In this document: positions 8,424-16,775 of the stretch, piece by piece | Numbering within the stretch: the stretch's first letter is position 1 | Layout: the number at the start of each line of letters is the position of its first letter | IMG/VR virus record: IMGVR_UViG_3300038379_000405 | Location: 1-47,276 of that record | DNA: 47,276 nucleotides | Direction: 5' to 3' (one strand) | From: a virus | Lineage: Duplodnaviria > Caudoviricetes | Translations under genes and position numbers: made by a program | The notes under the pieces: generated by a model | What the model saw: the letters and a program-made list of their open reading frames with translations, nothing else | Databases searched by the model: none | What the model was told of the DNA's origin: nothing

Positions 8424-8974
8424 AGCGTGTGTCACTCACCGTCGCCGTCGCCGCCCTCGCCGTCGCCACCCCCACCATCATCGGAAGCGAAGCGGAACCG
8501 ACACCCACCCCCACCGTGGCGGAGGTGACCCCCGCGGCGCTCCGCCACCAGCTCGCCAAAGAACGACGGGCGAACCGCGCCACCATCGTGAAACTCGCCC
8601 GGGAGAACCGGCGCCTCCGCTCGAGGCCACCATCACCGTTCACCACCGAGGACACCCGCATCGCCGCCGAACTCGTCGGACTGATCGGCGGGTGGCCCGT
8701 CCAGGGTGCCCTCCGCGTCGCCCGATGCGAGTCCCACCACCAACCGTACGCCCGCAACACAACGGCCCTCTCCGGATCCAACCCCTCCGGGGCGTGGCAG
8801 GTGCTCTACGACGCCGGCGGCCGCCGGTCCTCCACCTGGCACACCACCGACGTCGGCCGGGCGATCGACGCACCATTCAACCCGTACGTCAACGCATGGG
8901 TCGCCTACCGGGTGTGGCAACGCAACAGCAACACCTTCCGGGAATGGAACGACGTGTGCGCTGGTATGGGGTGA
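8420..8974 (+). CDS. Secreted lytic transglycosylase-like (Rpf/SLT-like) protein
   Basis: Signal-like N-terminus, coiled coil, then VARCES...GAWQV...STW...FNPYVNA. Confidence 0.65.
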   Translation: MKRVSLTVAVAALAVATPTIIGSEAEPTPTPTVAEVTPAALRHQLAKERRANRATIVKLARENRRLRSRPPSPFTTEDTRIAAELVGLIGGWPVQGALRVARCESHHQPYARNTTALSGSNPSGAWQVLYDAGGRRSSTWHTTDVGRAIDAPFNPYVNAWVAYRVWQRNSNTFREWNDVCAGMG

Positions 8975-10737
8975 TGGGCGACCTCGCCGGCGGCGTGAAC
9001 GTCCGCCTCGATGACGGCGCAGTCCGCCTCCACCACGGTGACTGCGTCGAGGTGATGGCCGCCATGCCCGCCGAATCCGTGGACGCGATCGTGACGGACC
9101 CGCCGTACGGGTTGGAGTTCATGGGCAAGGACTGGGACCGCCTGAGCGGCGACGCCGTCACTCGTTCATGGGACACCCGGGGCCGGACGATGACCGGAGC
9201 GCCAACCAGGGACGCGACCACACCCAGGGGGCGTTCCGGTGCCGCCCTCTACCGCAAGGACAACCCTCGTTGCGATAACTGCGGTCGCGCCGTCAACGGT
9301 CGGGCAACGTCAAAAGGGTTCAAGGTCTGCGAGTGCGAAACGCCCGCCCCGCGCCTGACGGCGGTGAGCGCCCGGAAGATGCAGGCGTGGCATGAGGTGT
9401 GGGCCAGGGAAGCTTTCCGCGTCCTGAAGCCGGGCGGCCACCTCCTCGCCTTCGGCGGGACCCGCACCTACCACCGCCTCACCTGCGCCATCGAGGACGC
9501 CGGGTTCGAGATCCGCGACTGCCTCGCCTGGCTCTACGGGTCCGGGTTCCCGAAGTCGCTGGACGTGTCGAAGGCGATCGACAAGCGACCGGGGGTCTCC
9601 CGGCACGCCGAGTTCACGCGCCATCTAGTGGAGCGTCGCGAAGCCGCAGGGCTGTCGCGCGCCGACGTGTCCGAGCGCGTCGTCGGCACGCGCACCGGAG
9701 CCTGCTGGAACTGGGAACACCACCAGTTCCCCGAGGCGAAGTGGTGGCCCGCCCTCCGCGACCTCCTCGGACTGGACGCGGCATGGGGGCCGGTCGTCGC
9801 TGAGGCAGAGCGTGAGCGGGTCGGCTCGCGGAACGGGAACCGCCTCGCCGTCGCTCCCGGCCAAGGCGCGGACCGTTCGTCGTTGGCGCTCGACGTCACC
9901 GCCCCCGCCACCCCCGAAGCCCAGCAGTGGCAGGGCTGGGGGACGGCGTTGAAGCCAGCCCACGAACCCGTCGTCGTCGCCCGCAAACCCCTCCGGGAAC
10001 GGACGGTCGCCGCCCAGGTGTTGGCGTCGGGGACGGGGGCGCTGAACATCGACGGGACGCGGATCGGGACGAGCACGCGCACTAACGCCTCGGCTCCTCG
10101 GCATGAGCGCAACGGGTTCATCGGAGGTTTCGTGGACGGCACCAGCAGCGTCGAACACGACCACGGCCGGTGGCCTGCGAACGTCGCCCTCGACCGGGAA
10201 GCCGCCGCCACCCTCGACGAGGCGGTCGGGGACCTATCCGTCTGCCGGACAGAGAAGAACACAACGCACGACGCAGGGATGTTCGGCATCGGCACCCCCG
10301 GGCGCGTCTATGGGGACGATGGCGGCCGTGGCCCATCACGCTTCTATTTTGTGGCCGAAAACGACGGTTCAGTTACACCGCATATGCGGACACCGGGTGC
10401 GGTTGGGGGTCGTGCGTTCTACTCAGCGAAGGCGAGCACGCGAGAGCGGGATGGCAGTACGCATCCCACCACGAAGCCCCTCGACCTGATGCGGTGGCTC
10501 GTCCGGCTCGTCACCCCCCCGGGCGGCGTCTGCTTGGACCCGTTCGCCGGGAGCGGCACCACCCTCCTCGCCGCCAAAGCCGAAGGCTTCCGGGCAGTCG
10601 GGATCGAACGCGACCCCGGCTATGTGGAGATGGCGGTGGAACGGTACCGCCGCCAGTGGGCACCGGCGGAGGCGCGGTGGAATGACGGAAGCCGCGGCGG
10701 GGACGACCAACTCAGCCTGTTGGGGGGTGCCGCGTGA
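8974..10737 (+). CDS. DNA N6-adenine/N4-cytosine methyltransferase with internal insertions
   Basis: TDPPY catalytic motif, [18 protein letters not shown]-binding motif (beta class order). Confidence 0.9.
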   Translation: MGDLAGGVNVRLDDGAVRLHHGDCVEVMAAMPAESVDAIVTDPPYGLEFMGKDWDRLSGDAVTRSWDTRGRTMTGAPTRDATTPRGRSGAALYRKDNPRCDNCGRAVNGRATSKGFKVCECETPAPRLTAVSARKMQAWHEVWAREAFRVLKPGGHLLAFGGTRTYHRLTCAIEDAGFEIRDCLAWLYGSGFPKSLDVSKAIDKRPGVSRHAEFTRHLVERREAAGLSRADVSERVVGTRTGACWNWEHHQFPEAKWWPALRDLLGLDAAWGPVVAEAERERVGSRNGNRLAVAPGQGADRSSLALDVTAPATPEAQQWQGWGTALKPAHEPVVVARKPLRERTVAAQVLASGTGALNIDGTRIGTSTRTNASAPRHERNGFIGGFVDGTSSVEHDHGRWPANVALDREAAATLDEAVGDLSVCRTEKNTTHDAGMFGIGTPGRVYGDDGGRGPSRFYFVAENDGSVTPHMRTPGAVGGRAFYSAKASTRERDGSTHPTTKPLDLMRWLVRLVTPPGGVCLDPFAGSGTTLLAAKAEGFRAVGIERDPGYVEMAVERYRRQWAPAEARWNDGSRGGDDQLSLLGGAA

Positions 10738-11942
10738 CCCCCTACCTCCAGGACGCGGACCTCACCCTCTACATCGGCGACGCCCTGACTGTCCTCCGCC
10801 AACTCCCTGCTGAGTCGGTGGACTGCTGCCTCACCAGCCCCCCCTACTTCGGGCTGCGTGACTACGGCTGCGACGGCCAGATCGGCCTCGAACCCACCCC
10901 AGCCGAGTTCGTCGCCCGGCTGGTGGACGTGTTCCGGGAGGTGCGGCGGGTACTCCGTCCGGCGGGGACATGCTGGATCAACCTGGGTGACAGCCACGCC
11001 GGGTCGCCACGCGGTAACGCGGGCGATTGGTCAACGTCGGGACTGAACGGCGCTCGCACCTCTAACCGCTACCGGAACACGTTGAACGCTGGCACTGCGC
11101 GGACGATGGACAAGTCACGAATCGGCGCTAAGCCGAAGGATCTGCTCGGCATCCCGTGGCGGGTGGCGTTCGCGTTGCAGGACGACGGGTGGTGGCTCCG
11201 CAGCGACATCATCTGGAGCAAGCCGAATCCGATGCCGGAGTCGGTGACGGACCGGCCGACCCGCAGCCACGAATACCTGTTCATGTTGGCGAAGAACGGC
11301 CGCTACTGGTTCGACCAGGAGGCGGTCCGGGAGCCGCACGCACCTGAGAGCGTCACCCATCACGCGAAGTACGGGCGCATGGCTCCCACCGGCGACAAAC
11401 GGAGCAGAGGCACCGACACGAACGGCCGGGCTGCTGGTTGCCACCCGGCGGGCCGCAACGTCCGGTCGGTGTGGACGATCCCCACCCAACCGTACCCGGA
11501 AGCCCACTTCGCCACCTACCCGGAACGGCTGGTGGAGCAGGTGATCGCCGCCGGCTGCCCCGAACGGGTATGCGCGACGTGCGGGGTGGCGTCGGAGCGG
11601 ATCGTCGAGCGGGTCTCCGGTGATCGCGAGACAGTGGAACGGCCGAAAGGCAAGGGGCAGGCGGGCTATGGCTCGCCAACCTCGGGGCTCAGTCTGAGCG
11701 GTAACGGGTCAGCAGAGTGGGCTAAGCGTGGCGGAAAGACCATCGACCACGGCTGGACGGACTGCGGCCACGACGCCTACCGCCCCGGCGTCATCCTCGA
11801 CCCGTTCATGGGCTCAGGGACCACCGCCGCCGTCGCCCGGCGGATGGGCCGCGCCGCCGTGGGCATCGAGTTGAACCCCGCGTACGCCGAGCTCATCGCG
11901 AAACGCACCCGGCAGTTGTCGCTCCTCGGCGGTGCCGCATGA
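10734..11942 (+). CDS. DNA N4-cytosine/N6-adenine methyltransferase
   Basis: [32 protein letters not shown]. Confidence 0.92.
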   Translation: MTPYLQDADLTLYIGDALTVLRQLPAESVDCCLTSPPYFGLRDYGCDGQIGLEPTPAEFVARLVDVFREVRRVLRPAGTCWINLGDSHAGSPRGNAGDWSTSGLNGARTSNRYRNTLNAGTARTMDKSRIGAKPKDLLGIPWRVAFALQDDGWWLRSDIIWSKPNPMPESVTDRPTRSHEYLFMLAKNGRYWFDQEAVREPHAPESVTHHAKYGRMAPTGDKRSRGTDTNGRAAGCHPAGRNVRSVWTIPTQPYPEAHFATYPERLVEQVIAAGCPERVCATCGVASERIVERVSGDRETVERPKGKGQAGYGSPTSGLSLSGNGSAEWAKRGGKTIDHGWTDCGHDAYRPGVILDPFMGSGTTAAVARRMGRAAVGIELNPAYAELIAKRTRQLSLLGGAA

Positions 11943-12223
11943 CCGAAGCCCAGTGGCAGGCGCAGGTGGTGGAGCTCGCCAACCTCCTCGGCTGGCGTTG
12001 GTACCACACCCACGACAGCCGGCGCAGCCCAGCCGGGTTCCCGGATTTGGTGCTGTGGCGTGACCGGGTGATCTTCGCCGAGTTGAAGACGGACCAGGGG
12101 CGCCCATCGCCGGCGCAGGTGCGGACGCTCGGCCAGCTTCGAGACACCCGCTCCGAGGTCTACCTGTGGCGCCCCCAGGACTTCGCTGACGTCAAAGCCG
12201 TCCTCGAGCGGAGGGCGGCGTGA
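11939..12223 (+). CDS. VRR-NUC domain nuclease
   Basis: TEAQWQ..V, GFPDLVL, FAELK, Q..L pattern. Confidence 0.85.
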   Translation: MTEAQWQAQVVELANLLGWRWYHTHDSRRSPAGFPDLVLWRDRVIFAELKTDQGRPSPAQVRTLGQLRDTRSEVYLWRPQDFADVKAVLERRAA

Positions 12224-13305
12224 ATGTCATCTCCACCTTCAGCGGCGTCGGGGGGCTCGACCTCGGCCTCCACCAAGCCGGATGGCGCCACGAACTCCTC
12301 TGCGAGCGGGACGAGTACCGGCGGGCCGTCCTCGCCGAACGGTTCCCCGGAGTCACCATCGCAGATGACGTCAGTGGTGTTCGACTGGACGGAGAACGAC
12401 TCCGCGCCACTGGACCGAACGTGGACGCCGCCGGTCAGCGCATGGCTCGCGGTTGCGTCTCTCTCCTCTGCGGGGGGTTCCCCTGCCAAGACCTCAGCGT
12501 CGCCGGACGCCGCGCCGGCCTCGCGGGAGACCGCTCCGGCCTGTTCTTCGAGTTCGCCCGCATCGCTGAGTCTCTTCGACCCCGCTGGCTACTCATCGAG
12601 AACGTACCCGGACTGCTCACCTCGAACGGCGGTCGGGACTTCGGAGTCCTGCTTGGAACGTTGGCCGACGTCGGGTACGGCGTGGCGTGGCGGGTTCTCG
12701 ACAGCCGCCACTGCGGAGTGCCCCAGCGCCGACGGCGCGTGTTCATCGTCGCATGTGACGTTGGCGGACGTGCTGGAGCCGAACGCGCCGGCCAGGTACT
12801 CGCTGTCGGCACGAGCTGCCCAGGGCATCCTCAGGCGGGCGGGGAAGCGGAGCCGGAAGCTGCCGACGGCTTTGGAGGAGGCGTTGTCGGCCCTCTGTTC
12901 ACCACAGGGGACAGTCAGCGAACCCCCGTCAACCGACAGTCCGTCGCCGCCGGCCACATCGTGAGCGCCCCCGTCACATCAAAGTGGGCGAAGGGCAACG
13001 GCGGCCCCGCCGGGGACGAGGCACAGAACCTCACCGTCACCTTCGCCGGTGGCGCGACTGAGGAGGGCATCGCCTCGCCCCTCGAATCGCTGACTTCGAA
13101 CGGCGTCCGCCGCCTCACCCCCCGCGAGTGTGAACGCCTCCAAGGCTTCCCCGACGACTGGACCCTCATCCAGTGGCGGGGGAAGCCCGCCCCCGACTCA
13201 CGCCGATATGCGGCGTTGGGGGATGCGGTGACGGTCCCAGTAGCCAGGTGGCTCGGGGACCGTCTCGCGGCTGCGGTGCGTCAGGACGTGGAGGTGGCGG
13301 CGTGA
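12220..13305 (+). CDS. DNA C5-cytosine methyltransferase
   Basis: FSGVGG, GGFPCQ, ENV, PQRRRRVFIV, RRLTPRECERLQGFP, GDAV motifs. Confidence 0.95.
   Translation: MNVISTFSGVGGLDLGLHQAGWRHELLCERDEYRRAVLAERFPGVTIADDVSGVRLDGERLRATGPNVDAAGQRMARGCVSLLCGGFPCQDLSVAGRRAGLAGDRSGLFFEFARIAESLRPRWLLIENVPGLLTSNGGRDFGVLLGTLADVGYGVAWRVLDSRHCGVPQRRRRVFIVACDVGGRAGAERAGQVLAVGTSCPGHPQAGGEAEPEAADGFGGGVVGPLFTTGDSQRTPVNRQSVAAGHIVSAPVTSKWAKGNGGPAGDEAQNLTVTFAGGATEEGIASPLESLTSNGVRRLTPRECERLQGFPDDWTLIQWRGKPAPDSRRYAALGDAVTVPVARWLGDRLAAAVRQDVEVAA
12224..12964 (+). CDS. Candidate overlapping (+1 frame) ORF nested in the C5 methyltransferase gene
   Basis: 246 aa open frame; C-terminal WPTSG...LADVLE...RYSLSARAAQGILRRA.KR.RKLP.ALEEAL is protein-like; true start unknown. 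Confidence 0.5.
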   Translation: MSSPPSAASGGSTSASTKPDGATNSSASGTSTGGPSSPNGSPESPSQMTSVVFDWTENDSAPLDRTWTPPVSAWLAVASLSSAGGSPAKTSASPDAAPASRETAPACSSSSPASLSLFDPAGYSSRTYPDCSPRTAVGTSESCLERWPTSGTAWRGGFSTAATAECPSADGACSSSHVTLADVLEPNAPARYSLSARAAQGILRRAGKRSRKLPTALEEALSALCSPQGTVSEPPSTDSPSPPATS

Positions 13306-13484
13306 GCGATCTTCTGCACGGCCTGCTGCGACAGACCGATCACCCGGGCGACATCACGGGTGGACATGCCACCACGCAGGGCGTCGCGGACCGCCTCGTC
13401 ACGGTTGAACCGCAGGCGGCGGAGGTGGTCCGTGGCGTTCTCCAACTTCACCTGAGCACGGATGAGCGGTGCGGTGTCGGCCAC
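13281..13484 (-). CDS. Small HTH DNA-binding protein
   Basis: RDEAVRDALRGGMSTRDVARVIGLSQQAVQKI HTH pattern. Confidence 0.75.
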   Translation of the reverse strand: MADTAPLIRAQVKLENATDHLRRLRFNRDEAVRDALRGGMSTRDVARVIGLSQQAVQKIAHAATSTS

Positions 13485-13487
13485 GGG

Positions 13488-13676
13488 TCAGACCTTCGTG
13501 ACGGTGTCGGTTGCGCGGAACGCGCGGCGGATGATCTGGCCGTCGCTCTCACGGACCATGACGGTGAACGAGTCCCACCCCTCATGCCACTCGGAACCGG
13601 AGCGGGTGGAGACGACGCGGCACGGCTCGCCGTTGATGGCGAGGCGGTCGCCGGTGCGGATCTGGCTGGCGGTCAT
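13488..13676 (-). CDS. Small beta-rich hypothetical protein (62 aa)
   Basis: MTASQIRTGDRL...; AGGAG ribosome-binding site and promoter upstream on - strand. Confidence 0.7.
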   Translation of the reverse strand: MTASQIRTGDRLAINGEPCRVVSTRSGSEWHEGWDSFTVMVRESDGQIIRRAFRATDTVTKV

Positions 13677-13709
13677 TGCTGGCTCCTGTCGTGCGGTTGG
13701 TATGCGACT

Positions 13710-13738
13710 ACCATAGTTGTCGGCGGGTGCGGTGTCAA
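13710..13738 (-). promoter_or_regulatory. Near-consensus sigma70 promoter
   Basis: - strand TTGACA(13738-33)-17 nt-TATGGT(13715-10). Confidence 0.8.
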
Positions 13739-13759
13739 CCTTAGTGGTCGGGTGGGGTT

Positions 13760-13969
13760 GTGACGTGGCGTGACCGGATCCTCCACCACCTCGACGAGGT
13801 GGGTGAAGCGAAAGACGCCAGCACCATCGCCTTCCCCGAAGGATGGTCAACCGCCCGCACCCAAACCCTGCTCGAGGCCCTCTGGGTGGAGGGGCTGGTG
13901 GACGGATACCCCGACGGTCCGTGGCGCCGCCACCGCACCCGTGAGGAACAACTGGAGTTGGGACTGTGA
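13760..13969 (+). CDS. Small hypothetical protein (possible winged helix)
   Basis: 69 aa, resumes + strand operon, GTGA overlap downstream. Confidence 0.5.
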   Translation: MTWRDRILHHLDEVGEAKDASTIAFPEGWSTARTQTLLEALWVEGLVDGYPDGPWRRHRTREEQLELGL

Positions 13970-14013
13970 CCCCACACCCCCACGGGACTGAACCCAGGAA
14001 TGGAGCCCCCACC

Positions 14014-14544
14014 GTGAAGAACCGCACCGCCCTCGCCGGCGCAGCCATCGCCGCCTGCCTCGCCATCCCCGCGACCGCCCACGCCCACACGGCGACCGTC
14101 ACCTGCAACCCCGCCGGCGGCTACCAGGTGACCACCAGCCAACCCGAGCTCAACCCCACGTGGACGTTCACCACCACCACCGTTGAGGTGACCTGGTCGG
14201 ACGGCTTCCGCCGGACGGTGACGCTGCCGCCCGCATGCCCCACGCCGGCGCCGGTGCCGCTGCCGCCACCCGTTGACGTCCCCCCGCCCACCGTCGTCCC
14301 ACCCCCCACCTGTGCGGAGCTGGTCGCCCGCTACCCGAAGGCGGGCCCCGTCCGCCGCGCCGCCTGGGGGTGCCCCACACCCGTCATCCGAAAGCCCCGT
14401 CGGGTGACCCCGCCGGCGCCTCGGGTCGTCACCTGCAGGTTCGTCCTCACCCACTACCGGGGGGCTGCGCGCGCCCGGATGATCGCCAAGCATCGGCTGC
14501 CCGCCACGTGTGGCCGGCCGTACACGCCACCCGTCGCCGGGTGA
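14014..14544 (+). CDS. Secreted Pro/Cys-rich protein
   Basis: Signal peptide ending ATAHA; proline-rich linker; GGAG upstream of GTG 14014. Confidence 0.6.
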   Translation: MKNRTALAGAAIAACLAIPATAHAHTATVTCNPAGGYQVTTSQPELNPTWTFTTTTVEVTWSDGFRRTVTLPPACPTPAPVPLPPPVDVPPPTVVPPPTCAELVARYPKAGPVRRAAWGCPTPVIRKPRRVTPPAPRVVTCRFVLTHYRGAARARMIAKHRLPATCGRPYTPPVAG

Positions 14545-14559
14545 CTGCGGGATGAAGCC

Positions 14560-14778
14560 ATGATCCGCATCTTCTGCGACATGTGCGGTGAGGAGATCCA
14601 CGACTACACCGGCGGGAACCGGGTGACGCGCCGGATCAGGCGCCGCCTCGAAGACGTCTCCGTCTACGTGGTGGTCGGCGTCCGCCAGGTGGGTGGGGTC
14701 GCCCCAGTCTGGAACAGCGGACACGTCTGCACGGCATGTGTCGTCAAGGTCGTCACCCAGGGAGGTGACGTGGCATGA
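14560..14778 (+). CDS. Small zinc-binding protein
   Basis: CDMC...HVCTAC. Confidence 0.65.
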   Translation: MIRIFCDMCGEEIHDYTGGNRVTRRIRRRLEDVSVYVVVGVRQVGGVAPVWNSGHVCTACVVKVVTQGGDVA

Positions 14779-15197
14779 GTGACCTCAGGCGCCTCGCCGA
14801 ACAGGCGACACCGGGACCGTGGACGGCACGCGGCGAGGCGCCAAGAGACGTCCTCACCGTGTGGGAAGAGGGTGAGCGCGGACGGCTGATCGTCTGCGAG
14901 CACGCCGGACCTGACGCAGAGTTCATCGCGGCGTGTGACCCGCAGACGATCATCGCCCTGCTGGACGAACGGGACCGGCTCAAAGGGGCGATCGAGTACG
15001 CGCTTCCCTTCATGGAGCGAACCGGCCTGCTGACGCGATCCACGAGAGTGTTCCGCGACGCCCTGAACCTGCCGGAGCGGTCGTGGCTGCCCGCCGACGT
15101 GGACGCCCAGGCGAAGCCGGAATGCACCTGCTGGATCGGCCCCTACTCAGGGCAGAAGCCGGAGCCCACCTGCCCTGTCCACGGGGTGGCGTCGTGA
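14775..15197 (+). CDS. Ead/Ea22-like protein
   Basis: LRRLAEQATPGPW...DAEFIAACDPQTIIALLDE signature. Confidence 0.75.
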   Translation: MSDLRRLAEQATPGPWTARGEAPRDVLTVWEEGERGRLIVCEHAGPDAEFIAACDPQTIIALLDERDRLKGAIEYALPFMERTGLLTRSTRVFRDALNLPERSWLPADVDAQAKPECTCWIGPYSGQKPEPTCPVHGVAS

Positions 15198-15841
15198 GCG
15201 TGTTCCGTGGCGTCATCGTCGGCCTCGCCATCGAAGCCGCCGCCGCCCTCATCATCCTCGGCGCCTGCACCGCCACCGCCCACGCCGCCACCCCCCAACA
15301 GCGCCTCGACCAAACCGCCAACTGGCTCACCCAAACGCTGCACCGCCCCATCCCCACCCGCACCCTCCGCATCACCAACCAGGCGGAGATGACCCGGATG
15401 TGCGGGGAGGAGGCCTGCGACGCGTTCGTCCCGTTCACCCACCCCGAAACCGTCGTCACCACCAGTGATGTCGCCGACACGTGGGGGTGGCGGCCCCGAT
15501 GGTGGGACCCGGCGGTGATCGAAGCCAACCACCTCATGCGCCACGAACTCCTCCACACCCACAACCTCACCCCCGGCGCACCCTTCGACTGGTGGGTGGA
15601 GGAAGGCATCGTCGAAGCCGTCAACACCGACCTGGACGCCGCCTGGTGTCAACGGCACCTCCACGCCACCTGCGTCGTCGCGCCCTACTACCCAGACCGG
15701 GTCGCCGCCATCCGAGCCGCCTCCGCCAAAGCAACCGGAAGCCTCAACTGGAGGGTGAGGTATGCCCGCTTGTGGAGACGGGAACTGCTCGCCGCAGACG
15801 AAGAAGGCCGGCGGCGGATGCTCGAGGAGGTGAACCGGTGA
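15194..15841 (+). CDS. Secreted/membrane-anchored putative zinc metallopeptidase
   Basis: Hydrophobic N-terminus; HELLH...WVEEG (HExxH plus downstream E). Confidence 0.55.
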   Translation: MSVFRGVIVGLAIEAAAALIILGACTATAHAATPQQRLDQTANWLTQTLHRPIPTRTLRITNQAEMTRMCGEEACDAFVPFTHPETVVTTSDVADTWGWRPRWWDPAVIEANHLMRHELLHTHNLTPGAPFDWWVEEGIVEAVNTDLDAAWCQRHLHATCVVAPYYPDRVAAIRAASAKATGSLNWRVRYARLWRRELLAADEEGRRRMLEEVNR

Positions 15842-15961
15842 ACGCCCGGGCACCCCCCACCCATCCACGGCCACGCCAACCCGTGACACCGCGCCCAGTC
15901 CACCGACCGGACGCCACCACACCCCCGCAACCACGCGGGGAACCACACGAAAGGGAACACC

Positions 15962-16561
15962 GTGAACGTCACGCTCATCCTCAACGGCGCCACCGACCAC
16001 GGCGGGTCGCCACTCGTCATGCACAACGAGCGGCTCGCCGACCCCCTCGACGACTACACCCGCGCCGTCGCGAAGATCAGCAAGAAGCGCAACAAGACGG
16101 AGGCCGACCACATGGAGATCGCCCGCCTCGAGTGGCACGGCGGCCTCTACACCAACGGCAACGGCCCGTGCCTGCCCGCCTGGAACATCATCCGGTGCCT
16201 CCAGGACGGCGGCACCCGCCACAAGAAGGGACGCGACGTCATCCGCGGCGTCTACCCCCTCGTCCCCCACGTCGACCTCACCTACGACGGCGACGTCATC
16301 CGCGACCCCGACGAGATGTGGAAGGCGGGGACGTTCGGCCTGCGTAAGACGGTGGGGGTGCAGCGCAGCCGCACCGTCCGCACCCGCCCCATCTTCCGGG
16401 AGTGGCGGGCGGAGCTCCCCGTCGAAGTCGACCCCGTCATCTTCGACCTCGACACCCTCCGCAACATCTGGACGGACGCCGGCAAGTACGCCGGCCTGGG
16501 GGAGATGCGACCCGTCTACGGCCGGTTCGAGGCGACGATCCGTGAGGAGGACCAGTCGTGA
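15962..16561 (+). CDS. Stand-alone Cas7/RAMP-like protein adjacent to pentamer array
   Basis: 199 aa; beta strand then SPLVMHN, LPAWNI..CL helix, RTRP.F..W, C-terminal glycine-rich loop AGKYAGLGEMRPVYGRF, as in RAMP-fold (Cas7/Csm3-group) proteins. Confidence 0.7.
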   Translation: MNVTLILNGATDHGGSPLVMHNERLADPLDDYTRAVAKISKKRNKTEADHMEIARLEWHGGLYTNGNGPCLPAWNIIRCLQDGGTRHKKGRDVIRGVYPLVPHVDLTYDGDVIRDPDEMWKAGTFGLRKTVGVQRSRTVRTRPIFREWRAELPVEVDPVIFDLDTLRNIWTDAGKYAGLGEMRPVYGRFEATIREEDQS

Positions 16562-16737
16562 CCCCCTTCCAGGAGGTGCTTGACCGGATGGCGTCGGCGA
16601 CGAGCGTCATCCGCACCCGCACCGAGCACTCCGAGCGGCTGCAGCGTCACGGTGACGGCTCCGCAGCCGCCGACCAGCTGCGTCGCCTCATCGGCGACTT
16701 GGAGCGCATCGCCGCTGACCTCGAGGGGAGGCGGTAG
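16558..16737 (+). CDS. Small helical protein (59 aa), not in ORF track
   Basis: GTG overlaps upstream TGA with GAGGAGG RBS; MTPFQEVLDRMASATSVIRTRTEHSERLQRHGDGSAAADQLRRLIGDLERIAADLEGRR*. Confidence 0.7.
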   Translation: MTPFQEVLDRMASATSVIRTRTEHSERLQRHGDGSAAADQLRRLIGDLERIAADLEGRR

Positions 16738-16775
16738 GCTCGATGCCCTCGCGTGGCTGGGCTCACCTCCCACAC

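Noticed and set aside
8359-8973. N-terminal extension making the first methyltransferase 792 aa
   Set aside because: Overlaps the transglycosylase-like gene and is Arg/Pro noise; the TGATG-coupled ATG at 8974 is the better start
11939-13305. Restriction-modification system (VRR-NUC plus methylases)
   Set aside because: Stand-alone VRR-NUC proteins in phages are typically junction-resolving nucleases; orphan methylases are common anti-restriction genes
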